A stretch of DNA of 64,000 bases from a virus (lineage: Duplodnaviria > Caudoviricetes), in IMG/VR virus record IMGVR_UViG_3300032030_000005, positions 64,001 through 128,000 of that record. One strand, written 5' to 3'. Positions 30,111-39,800 of the stretch are shown here, piece after piece. The notes under the pieces were generated by a model that worked only from the letters and a program-made list of their open reading frames with translations, had not been told where the DNA came from and did not search any database. Made by a program: the position numbers and the translations under genes. The stretch's first letter is position 1, and each line of letters begins with the position of its first letter.

Positions 30111-31093
30111 TGGAGGAAAATGTGATGATAATCAAGAAGAACAAAAATGGAACAGTGAAGGCAGTTAAGAAGGTTGAAGAAACTGAAGAGGAAGAAGAAC
30201 TTCAGCAGACAACAGAAGATGTAACTGAAGAAGAATATGATTCTGAAGACAGTGTAGATATCACTGAAGATGAAACTTCAGATGAAGATGCTGAAGATAC
30301 AGAAACTGAAGAGGAAGAAGAAGCTTCAGAACCAGATGATGTAGAAGAGGAGGAACCTGAAGAGGAGGAAAAGCCTATAAAGAAGCCATCTAAGAAGTCA
30401 TCTAAGAAGGAAGATTCTTCAGATGAAGACGAGTATGAATTAGCAGAACCTGAAGAAGAACCTGAAGAGGAGGAGGAAGAAGACGAAAAAGCAACTTCTA
30501 CTCCATCAGAAAAGAAACACAAGTTCGAGATGGAAATGATTAAACCAGTTAAAGGTAAAAGAATGCACAAGGATTCTTATGCTACATCAAAGACTGGTTC
30601 AACTTCTCGTTTTAATAGAGAAGTAAATCTTCAGTGTTTGGTAAACTCTCTTAAAAAGCATGGATTTGAAGAAATTATCGAAAATTATTTCGGTAATCTT
30701 CCAGAAACTAAATGGCGAGTACTTGCCTCACAGATTCTCGATTCTGTAGAAGAGGCTATTCTCGATAGCCTGTTTAATGAAAGTACAGGATTTGGATTCA
30801 TGAACGGATCAATTCAGGCAACACTGGTAAAGGCTAAACTTTATCCAGCTATAAAAGAAGATATAAAATACGATACTCTTAAGAGAGAACACCATATCCT
30901 TACTCTCAAGGATGTTGAGTTTAACAAGAGATTCGGCCTTCTTTATAATAACGAAGGTTCAGGATCATCTGAGATGTCAGTAAAGGTTGAAAAGACTTCT
31001 AAGGGCTATAAAGCCATGTCAGACGCTCTCAACATTAAGAAGGGAGACCTCCTTAATGAAAAGGGTCAGAAGCTTGTTAAGAAGAGCAAGTAA
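30110..31093 (+). CDS. Protein with a long Glu/Asp tract and a possible HU/IHF-like C-terminal domain
   Basis: About 110 strongly acidic residues, then LASQILDSVEEAILDSLFNESTGFGFMNGSIQATLVKAK, which resembles the HU helix-2/strand pattern. True start may be GTG/ATG at 30122-30125. Confidence 0.55.
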   Translation: MEENVMIIKKNKNGTVKAVKKVEETEEEEELQQTTEDVTEEEYDSEDSVDITEDETSDEDAEDTETEEEEEASEPDDVEEEEPEEEEKPIKKPSKKSSKKEDSSDEDEYELAEPEEEPEEEEEEDEKATSTPSEKKHKFEMEMIKPVKGKRMHKDSYATSKTGSTSRFNREVNLQCLVNSLKKHGFEEIIENYFGNLPETKWRVLASQILDSVEEAILDSLFNESTGFGFMNGSIQATLVKAKLYPAIKEDIKYDTLKREHHILTLKDVEFNKRFGLLYNNEGSGSSEMSVKVEKTSKGYKAMSDALNIKKGDLLNEKGQKLVKKSK

Positions 31094-31195
31094 TTCTCCT
31101 ATTGCTCTTTTATATAAATAGTATACTTTAAAAGGTGGAATCTCTGAATGTAACAGTTTAGAGATTCCATTTTTTTACGAAAGGATGTAGAGAAA

Positions 31196-31942
31196 ATGAT
31201 ATTTAATTACGAATCACCAGAACTCATAACAATTAACATTTTAGAATTAGTAAAAAGACAAAAAATAATTAATGACAAATTCCCTAATCCTAATAGGAAA
31301 TCAAAATACATAAATGTGTATGATAATATGGTGGGTCAAATATCTGAAGAGGTATTTGAGACAAAAGAAAGTATTACTAAAAATAAAGAAATGGCCCTTC
31401 CAGTTAAAGTACAAACAAATGATTCACTTGAAGAGTTTATTGATGTATTAATGTTCACAGGTAGTCTGTTAGTAGAAACAGCTACATATTTTGAAATTGA
31501 TATTATTGATTTCTTAAAGCATAATGATGATTATGCTTATATTCTTATTTATGATACTTATAAGGACAATGATTTTAAAGAGGAAAACAGAAATATACCA
31601 ACCTGTGAAAATCTGGTATATACAAGAAGACAGATTATTGATAGAAAGTATCATAAGCCAGCAAAAGAAAGACCGGAAAATTATGAGATAAATCTAATAA
31701 AATCTATAATTGTAGGAACATTCTTACCAAGAAAAAATGATAAAGACAATAATGAAGATATTTATGAAGAATTTAAGATTCCTGAATTTATTACAAACAT
31801 GAATCCATACATTCAGGATGTTTTATTCTGTTATGATGATGAGTTAAATTTCTCATTAGCACGTAAATATCTTATTGAAGATAGAATTAATTTATTAAAT
31901 GAATTATTCGAAAATAAAAATAAGAAAATAGCAAATCTTTAA
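31196..31942 (+). CDS. All-alpha NTP pyrophosphohydrolase (MazG / dimeric dUTPase-like)
   Basis: ISEEVFETKE...SLEEFIDVLMF gives the ExxE...ExxD metal-binding motif. Confidence 0.65.
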   Translation: MIFNYESPELITINILELVKRQKIINDKFPNPNRKSKYINVYDNMVGQISEEVFETKESITKNKEMALPVKVQTNDSLEEFIDVLMFTGSLLVETATYFEIDIIDFLKHNDDYAYILIYDTYKDNDFKEENRNIPTCENLVYTRRQIIDRKYHKPAKERPENYEINLIKSIIVGTFLPRKNDKDNNEDIYEEFKIPEFITNMNPYIQDVLFCYDDELNFSLARKYLIEDRINLLNELFENKNKKIANL

Positions 31943-31951
31943 TTTTATATG

Positions 31952-31990
31952 TACCGTAAGACTAATATAGTCTTACGGTATTTTTTTTTT
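31952..31990 (+). terminator. Terminator
   Basis: TACCGTAAGACTA-ATA-TAGTCTTACGGTA plus T10. Confidence 0.85.
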
Positions 31991-32073
31991 ATAAATTATG
32001 AAAAAATCCATAGCTTAACAATCGTTTATACTATTTTAGTAAAGATTTTTTATAGAAAGGAAGGTGAAAATAT

Positions 32074-35000
32074 ATGGCAAATAACTATAAATCTAGTAGA
32101 GATATTTTTGCTAGGAGTCAAAATAACTTAAATAAATTAACTTCTAATACTAAAAATATAACAGAAACTGCCGCTAGTATAAATGCAGATAACACTGGAT
32201 CTAGCTTACAAATGAAAGTAACACAAGAAACTACGGTATTAAATTCATCTTTACAAAATATGAATAATGTATTAAGTGAATTAAATAATAGTGTAGTTGG
32301 CTTACAATCTGCTTTAAAAAATATAGCTGAAAATCATACAACGATTAATAGTTTATTAGCAACTCAGTTAGTTAGTTTAACTCAGATAAATAGTTTAGTT
32401 ACAGCGTTTAGATCAGATTATATATTATCTAAAAATGGTAATAAAAATAAAGGTATTAGTTATTATGATAGAAATCTTATATTAAGAGATATATCTAATA
32501 TAAAAACGTCTGATAAAACTGTTGATTCTATTTTAAGTAGTTTAAGAAATGCTGCAAATTACGCTAATAGATCTACAAATGCTATTAGATCAAAATTAGG
32601 TTCAAGACAAGATTTAGATGATAATAGTATCTTTAATAAAATATTAGGATTAGCGGATCAAGGAAAACAGTTTGCTGGTTTAGGTACATTATTGCCAATG
32701 TATAGAAATGGTGGTAAATATTCTAAATTTATTGAAAATGCAATGTCTGCAGATACATCTACAATTGGTAGTTTAATAGAATCATTCTTAGGAGCTAATG
32801 GTAAAAGAAAATTTAAAGATATAAAAGGATTAGGTTCTAAATTTTTAGATTCAAATAATCCATTAAAACAAATGTTGGGTGGATTAATGGAAAAAGCTGG
32901 TATGACTAATCTTAAAAAGGAAAGAGAAAAAGATCCTGACTTAGTTTATACAGCATTAGCACCTTTTGCAGATGATATTAAAGATATCGTTGAATTAAAA
33001 GTAAAAGGTATACATAGTAGACCAACTAAAGAAGTTATTCCAGAATATGCAACTCCAGTTTGGATAGTAAATAGTCCAGACCAGAAGAACTATATAACTA
33101 GTAATAAAACATTATCAAGATCTCTTAGAGAACAAAGAATTCATGATATAACAAGAGGTATTGCTAATAATTATAAAGATATATATGGTAATGATTTATT
33201 AGAAAAAGATATTGATGAAAAATGGATAGGCTCCGCAACTGAAGGTTTTTCAGAAAACGAAATTAAAAAGATGATAAATAGAGCTAATAGACTTGAAAGA
33301 AGATCACAATATCATGGTGCAACTAAAATAGAAGAATTTTTAGGTAAAAATAAAATATTAAATAAATTATTAGATGATAATAATACTGGTGTGCAAATGA
33401 TTGGTGGTATGGCTGGAAACGCTTTAACTCAAATATTAGGAAGCCATGCTGGTGGTAAAAGAAATAAAGGCTCTAGTGGTGCTTATTTAGCAGGTTTACA
33501 TAATGGTGAAAAAGTATTAGGACCAAATGCATTAGATGAACATGAAAAGATAAATGATATTTCTAAGATAATTGGTTTAACAATTTCTACATTAACTTCA
33601 GCTATTAAATTAGAAAAATATAAAGCTGGATTATTAGTTGCTTATACTAATAAAGATCCTAAAATGGCAGCAAAAGTAAAAGTAGATACTACAATATTAG
33701 CACAGGATGAAATGACTGAATTAGGTGCTGAAAAAGAAAATAAAATAGGTACTAATATAATAAAAATAATTGGTAGTAAATTATTTAAAGCAAATACTAA
33801 AGAAACAACTAAAGAATATTTTGGTTTAAAAGGTAATTCTGAAGCTGATGTAGCACAACAAGCAGAAGCTCAGGCACAACAAGGACAAGAAACAATAGAT
33901 CAATTAGTTAAAGAAAAACAGAGAATGGATGAAGAATTATTCATCAGAAAAATGATAATTGATAGAACTAATAAAGCTAGAATATGGGCAGCTCAAAAAG
34001 CTAATAATGTTAAATTAAGAGCTAAAAAAATGGCTAACAAAGTAAGATTATTTGCTAGAGAAAAAGCAGGTAATTTAAAAAATATAGCTATAAATGCTAA
34101 AAACCATGTAGCATTATTAGGTACAAAAGTTTCTGGTACTGTAAAACGTCTTGGTAAAAAATTAGCTGCTAAAACAGCAAGTATTCTTGATAGAGTAAAG
34201 AATTCTGTGTTAATTCAAAAAGCTAAAATGGTTAAAACAGCTTTATTTGAAAAAATAAAAAGTTTAATATCTACTACAGGTGATATATTAGGAACAGCTG
34301 GTAGTGTTATTGGTAAAATATTAGACACTATACGAATAGCTATTCCAGTAGTGGGTCAAGCTATTACTGCAGTAGCCGGTCCTGCATCTATACTTTTATT
34401 AGGTGGTATAGGATTAGCTGCTTTATTAAAAGCTAAAAAAGGACAGAATTCTAATATTAAATTAGAAAGTGTTATAAAAAAGGTATCTGGTAAAATAAGT
34501 GATGTTAAAAATAAAATACTTAAAAAAGAAGAAAAAGAAGAAAAAGAAGCATCTAAAGCAGAAGTTGCTAAACAAGAAAATGAAAAGAAAGCAGAAGAAA
34601 AAGATACTAATAGAACTATAGCTGAAAATAAATCATTTACATCTCAGGTTAAATATACAGAGAGTAATGTATCTACCGAAAATAAAAATACAAGGCAAAT
34701 AAAAATTGATGAGGAAGAACAATTAGAAGGTCCTGTTAAATATTTAAATAAAATGCAAAGGAAAATGTTACTTAATAATACTACTAAAATGGCTGATTTA
34801 TTTAGTAAAAAGCCTAAACAAGCAGCTAGTATGGCTTGGTTATTAAATGGTGGTTATACTGTATTAGGATTACAAAGTGCATCAACTGATGAATTAGAAT
34901 CATTGAATGAATTAACATCTACATCTAATTCAACATCAGTAACTCCTAAAAAAGAATCTTTATGGACAAGATTAACTAAAAAGTTAACTAAGAAAAAATT

Positions 35001-36867
35001 ATTAGCAGATGATGTTGGTAGTGAAGGATATAGTGAAGATGCAGCTGTTGCTTTAGCACAAAATAAGAATAACTCTATGGCCGCAAAACTCATTAATGCT
35101 TTTGCAAAAGTATATGGACATTTTGCATTTACTGATAGTAATGGAGATCCATTGTATACAACTAATTTAAGAAAACAAGCTCAAGAAGAAAACTTAAGAG
35201 GTGGTCTTACTGGAACATCTTCTAATGGTTCAGCAATCACTGCAGCTCAACGATTATTTGATGGCAGTAGCTATATAGGCTATGACGAAGATGGTACTTG
35301 GGGAAATAGCTCAACAAAAGATGATATTTTTAAAAGTAAATATTTTGCTTCAAACGGTAATGGATCGGCTGAATGTAATTTAGTAACTAATATTATTAAC
35401 AATAACTGGAAAAAATATAAAACTGATAATAATATATCTGATGAAGATGCAGGTACAACAATTAGCAATGGTTCATTAACCTATTTAAATGGATTCTTTA
35501 ATAAAGAATATAAAAAAATGTATGATTCTTTTGTAAAAAGAGTTGCTTTTGCAGATGATACAGCTAAAAATTTTATGCATGAAAGTATTGCTAAATCAAT
35601 TAAAAATTCTACTCCTTGGATTGATATGAAGGATCTATCAAATTCTAGTGACATTAAAAACAGAATAAAGCAAAATATTAATGCACGTTCTCAAATTGAT
35701 TATGGTAATTATGGTTTAGGTCATAGACACAATAGATTTGGTGGAGCTAATACTAAAGATTCTGATTTTATTAATGCTTCTAAATATGCATTAGTTAAAG
35801 GTTATAAAGAACAAAATGGTGGTACTTATCCTCAGTTCTTTAAAGATTATTTAAATAAAAATGGTATCAATGTTAACTATAATTCTAGTGCAAATAATAT
35901 TAAGAGAAGCTTATTACGTGGTAATCCAGTTATTTTAATGGGACAAGATAATGCTGATTCTGGTTTAACGCCATATGGAGATACACCTCACTATATAGTT
36001 GCTACTAATTATGATGGTAAAAATATTAGAGTTATTGACTCTGAAAGTAGAAATGATTATGATATTTATAATGCAGATAATGTATTAAGACATTCTACTA
36101 TTAAAATAAGTACAAATTCTGGTAAAAGTGGTTATGGACGAATTACTGTAAATAGTGGTTCACATAACATATATAATGGAAGGTCTTCAAAAAATCATAC
36201 ACATAAACATATACAATACAATAGAGGTAAATCTTTTAAAACTTCTAATAACTATTTAAAATCTTATAAATCTCATTATGGTAAAGGTGATGAAGTAATA
36301 ACTAATAGTAATGGTAGCAATATTAAATCCAATAGTAATACTGTAACTACACCTACACCTACAATGTCAAGTCAGGCTATTGGTAATATGTATGTAACAT
36401 TACAAGGTTATGTAAATGGTTATGATTTATTATCTAAATATAAAACTGGTCATGATATTTGGGATAAAGTTAATGAAGCTTTAAAAGCAGAACCTAAAGA
36501 GACTGGTGTTACACCAGCTGCTTCATCTACTACAAAACAAGAAACGTCTATTACTCCTACTAAAGAAAAAGAAATTAATGAAGAAGTTAAGACTCAAACA
36601 TCATCCGTTGTTCAACCGGAAGTTAAAAGTGATATATATCAAAAGAATGGAACAATGTATGTTGTTAATAATATTGAATACGGCGTTAAAACTAATATAG
36701 AGAGTATTATAGAAGAATTTAAAGAATTAAATAACGTTCAAGATGATAGTTTAGAAGTATTAAATACTATTTATAGTAAGCTATTAAAACGTAATGGTAA
36801 AAATCCAAATAATATTAAAATAAAAGATTATGATTATTCATTAAAAAATAGAAGATATACTTTTTGA
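32074..36867 (+). CDS. Tape-measure-like tail giant A, carrying the His/Asp half of a C39-like peptidase
   Basis: Helical N-terminus, TMP-type HAGG...LHNGEKVL motif, Ala/Gly hydrophobic segments. C-terminal region has LLRGNPVILMG...PHYIVATNYD...VIDSE. Confidence 0.75.
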   Translation: MANNYKSSRDIFARSQNNLNKLTSNTKNITETAASINADNTGSSLQMKVTQETTVLNSSLQNMNNVLSELNNSVVGLQSALKNIAENHTTINSLLATQLVSLTQINSLVTAFRSDYILSKNGNKNKGISYYDRNLILRDISNIKTSDKTVDSILSSLRNAANYANRSTNAIRSKLGSRQDLDDNSIFNKILGLADQGKQFAGLGTLLPMYRNGGKYSKFIENAMSADTSTIGSLIESFLGANGKRKFKDIKGLGSKFLDSNNPLKQMLGGLMEKAGMTNLKKEREKDPDLVYTALAPFADDIKDIVELKVKGIHSRPTKEVIPEYATPVWIVNSPDQKNYITSNKTLSRSLREQRIHDITRGIANNYKDIYGNDLLEKDIDEKWIGSATEGFSENEIKKMINRANRLERRSQYHGATKIEEFLGKNKILNKLLDDNNTGVQMIGGMAGNALTQILGSHAGGKRNKGSSGAYLAGLHNGEKVLGPNALDEHEKINDISKIIGLTISTLTSAIKLEKYKAGLLVAYTNKDPKMAAKVKVDTTILAQDEMTELGAEKENKIGTNIIKIIGSKLFKANTKETTKEYFGLKGNSEADVAQQAEAQAQQGQETIDQLVKEKQRMDEELFIRKMIIDRTNKARIWAAQKANNVKLRAKKMANKVRLFAREKAGNLKNIAINAKNHVALLGTKVSGTVKRLGKKLAAKTASILDRVKNSVLIQKAKMVKTALFEKIKSLISTTGDILGTAGSVIGKILDTIRIAIPVVGQAITAVAGPASILLLGGIGLAALLKAKKGQNSNIKLESVIKKVSGKISDVKNKILKKEEKEEKEASKAEVAKQENEKKAEEKDTNRTIAENKSFTSQVKYTESNVSTENKNTRQIKIDEEEQLEGPVKYLNKMQRKMLLNNTTKMADLFSKKPKQAASMAWLLNGGYTVLGLQSASTDELESLNELTSTSNSTSVTPKKESLWTRLTKKLTKKKLLADDVGSEGYSEDAAVALAQNKNNSMAAKLINAFAKVYGHFAFTDSNGDPLYTTNLRKQAQEENLRGGLTGTSSNGSAITAAQRLFDGSSYIGYDEDGTWGNSSTKDDIFKSKYFASNGNGSAECNLVTNIINNNWKKYKTDNNISDEDAGTTISNGSLTYLNGFFNKEYKKMYDSFVKRVAFADDTAKNFMHESIAKSIKNSTPWIDMKDLSNSSDIKNRIKQNINARSQIDYGNYGLGHRHNRFGGANTKDSDFINASKYALVKGYKEQNGGTYPQFFKDYLNKNGINVNYNSSANNIKRSLLRGNPVILMGQDNADSGLTPYGDTPHYIVATNYDGKNIRVIDSESRNDYDIYNADNVLRHSTIKISTNSGKSGYGRITVNSGSHNIYNGRSSKNHTHKHIQYNRGKSFKTSNNYLKSYKSHYGKGDEVITNSNGSNIKSNSNTVTTPTPTMSSQAIGNMYVTLQGYVNGYDLLSKYKTGHDIWDKVNEALKAEPKETGVTPAASSTTKQETSITPTKEKEINEEVKTQTSSVVQPEVKSDIYQKNGTMYVVNNIEYGVKTNIESIIEEFKELNNVQDDSLEVLNTIYSKLLKRNGKNPNNIKIKDYDYSLKNRRYTF

Positions 36868-36885
36868 GATAAGGATGTGATATAA

Positions 36886-39800
36886 ATGGCAGATATGAAA
36901 TCTTCTAAAGATAAACTTAGTCAAGCAGTTAATAATATGGATCCAAATCTTCAAAAAATAGCAGCTAATACTGATGCAATTGTATCTACCTTATCTCAAC
37001 AAAGTAGTGCAATTCAACAATTAAAGGATGCTATTGCTAGAAAAGAACAAACTGAAAATGAAGGAAATAAACAGATCACTTCATCATTAAAACAAACAAA
37101 TTCTACAATATCATTAATAAATAAAAATATATTAAATCTTAATAAAAATGTAACATCATTAACTAAAACAGTATCTAGTTTAAATGAAAGTAGAGGAACT
37201 ACAGTATCCTTATTATGCGGAATTCAAACTAGTTTAATTCAAATTACTAGTGTTCTTGCATCTTTTAGATCAGATTATTTATTATCAACTAACGGTCAAA
37301 GAATTAATGGTAATTCTTTTTATGATATGACTAGTTTAAATAATCTAGTTAATTCATTATCATCACTTAAAGACCCAACAGTTAAACAAAATATTCAAGC
37401 ATTGCATAAAGCTTTAAAATATGCTAATAGCTCTTCAAAGAGTGTCAGAAGCCATTTAGGACAAAATGTAACTAATGAAGATAGTATATTTGAAAAGATA
37501 TTAGGTATTGCAGATACAGGAAAACAATATGCTGGTTTAGGTGCATTATTTAGTCCTTATATTAAAGGTGGCAAATTTAACAGTGTTATTGATAGATACA
37601 TGAATGCAGATACATCATCAATAGCTAATTTATTCTATTCAATGTTAGGCTCTAATGGTAAGAAAACTATTAAAGATATAAAAGGATTAGGTTCTAAATT
37701 TTCTGATTCAAATAATCCTCTTAAGCGTTTAATAGGCAATATGATGGGTCAAGCAGGATTTAAAAATGAAAAGAAAGAACGTGAAAAAGATCCTACTTTA
37801 GTATTAAGTTCATTAGCACCTTTTGCAGATGATATCAAAGATATGGTTAATTTATCATATCAAGGTGTAAAATCAAGACCTAAATCAATACCAATATATG
37901 CAAAGCCAGTTTGGATTGTAAATAGTCCAGATCAAAAAAATTATGTTGGTAATGTAAAAGCTAAAGATACGCATGGTGCAGATTTAAAACGTAAAAGACT
38001 TGAAGATTTATTTGGTGGTAGAGCCAATAATCTTAAAGATATTTATGGTAATGAATTATTATATCAAGATGAAGATGGTCATTGGAAAGGTTCTGCAACT
38101 GAAGGTTTCAATAATAAACAAATAAGAAATATTAGACAAAAACAAGAAAGCCGTAATAGAAAATTAATGTATGGCGAAAATTATAAAGAATTAGAAAATA
38201 AAATATATGGTAGTAAAATATTAAATACTGGAATAGGAATTGGTAATTTTAAATTATCATTAAATGATTTATTATCTGAAGATCCTAATAATGTAATGGG
38301 TAATATGATTAGTAATTTAGCAGCTAATGGATTACAACAAATACCTGGATTATTAGGAAGCCATGCCGGTGGTAAAAAAGGTAAAAAGAGAAGAAAAGGT
38401 CTTGATCCAAATCGTGAAATAAATACTAATGATCATGATGTTAGTTTAATAGATGGTGAAACAACTGTACTTAATGCTTCTCAAACAGATAATCTTAAAG
38501 ATATGGGAGATATTAAATCTGGTATTACCACAATGTCAGGTGCTATTGCATCTCTTGCTAGTATTATATCTCAATCAACTATATTATTTAGCCAAGCGGC
38601 ATCTAGTAAGAAACAAAAGATAGATAGTAAAGTATTAAATAAACTTAGTCCTGATGAATCAGTATTTGATTATTTATTAAAAACTTCGGGTTCTGATGAA
38701 GGTTCTAAGAAAGCTTTAACACAATTTAAGAAATTCTCTAATCTTAAGAAAACCTTAAAAATAACTAGTAAAAGAGAAACAACTTCAGAATACTTTGGAT
38801 TAAATCCAAATGAAGGTAATGGTAAAAAAGGTGTATTAAGCGGTGCTATTGATTCATTAACTACCAAACTTGGTGTAAATAAAGATCTCGTTAAAGACCC
38901 TAAGCGTTTTATTAAAAATAGTATTATAAGAAAAGTTAACAACACGTTTTCATTAAAGGGTACTTCATCGAACGGAACAGCTGATAAAATAGCTGAAGGA
39001 GTATCTGATGATAAGAATAAAAAGAAAATTAAGGGTTTATTTAAGAGCTTTAAGAAGCAACAAGACTTAGAAATTAAAGATAAGATTAAAGAAGGAACAA
39101 CTGGCTTAAAAGATGTGGCTAAAGTATCTGCAACTAATGAAACAGTTACTAATAGTATTAATACTGCAGAAACTGCTGCAGTAGAAGCTAATATTAAAGC
39201 AGATGCTGCAACTAATGCTTCTATTAATAAAATGAAAATGGCAAATGCTAAACAAGAAGAAGCTACAAAAGCAGCAGCTGATAAAACAGAAGTAGCTCAA
39301 CAAATAGCAACTGATAAGTTTGTTAATGCTACAGAAGTTAAAACAGCGGCTCAAGAAGCTATGGTTCAGGAAGCATCTGTAGGAGCTGAAGCAGGAGCAT
39401 CTACAACAAGCTTTTTAGGAAAAATAACGGCTACAATGTGTGGTCTTCCATTACCAGTTAAAATAGGCCTTGGAGCTGCCGGTGTTGCTGCTACAGTTGC
39501 TATTGGTAAGAAAATGTATGATAAAGTTAAACAAGCTGCCAATGGTAAAAAACCGAATTTTGAAGATAGTCAGTCTTCATTAAAAGGTGCAAGTGGAAAA
39601 ACCGAAAAGGAAGCTCAGAAAGAAAAAGAAAAAGCAGAAAAAGCTCAAAAGAGACAAGAAAGATTAGAGAATTTTAAGAAAAGAGCCAAGAGAAGTTTAA
39701 AATCTAGCTTTAATGCTTTAACATTAGGATTATTTGCACAAAAAGTTTATGTTGCTGATAATGGTGATGTATTATATTCTAAAGATAATTCTCCAGTAAA

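Noticed and set aside
31949-32131. 60-aa ORF before tail giant A
   Set aside because: It runs through a terminator, a T10 run and the late promoter.
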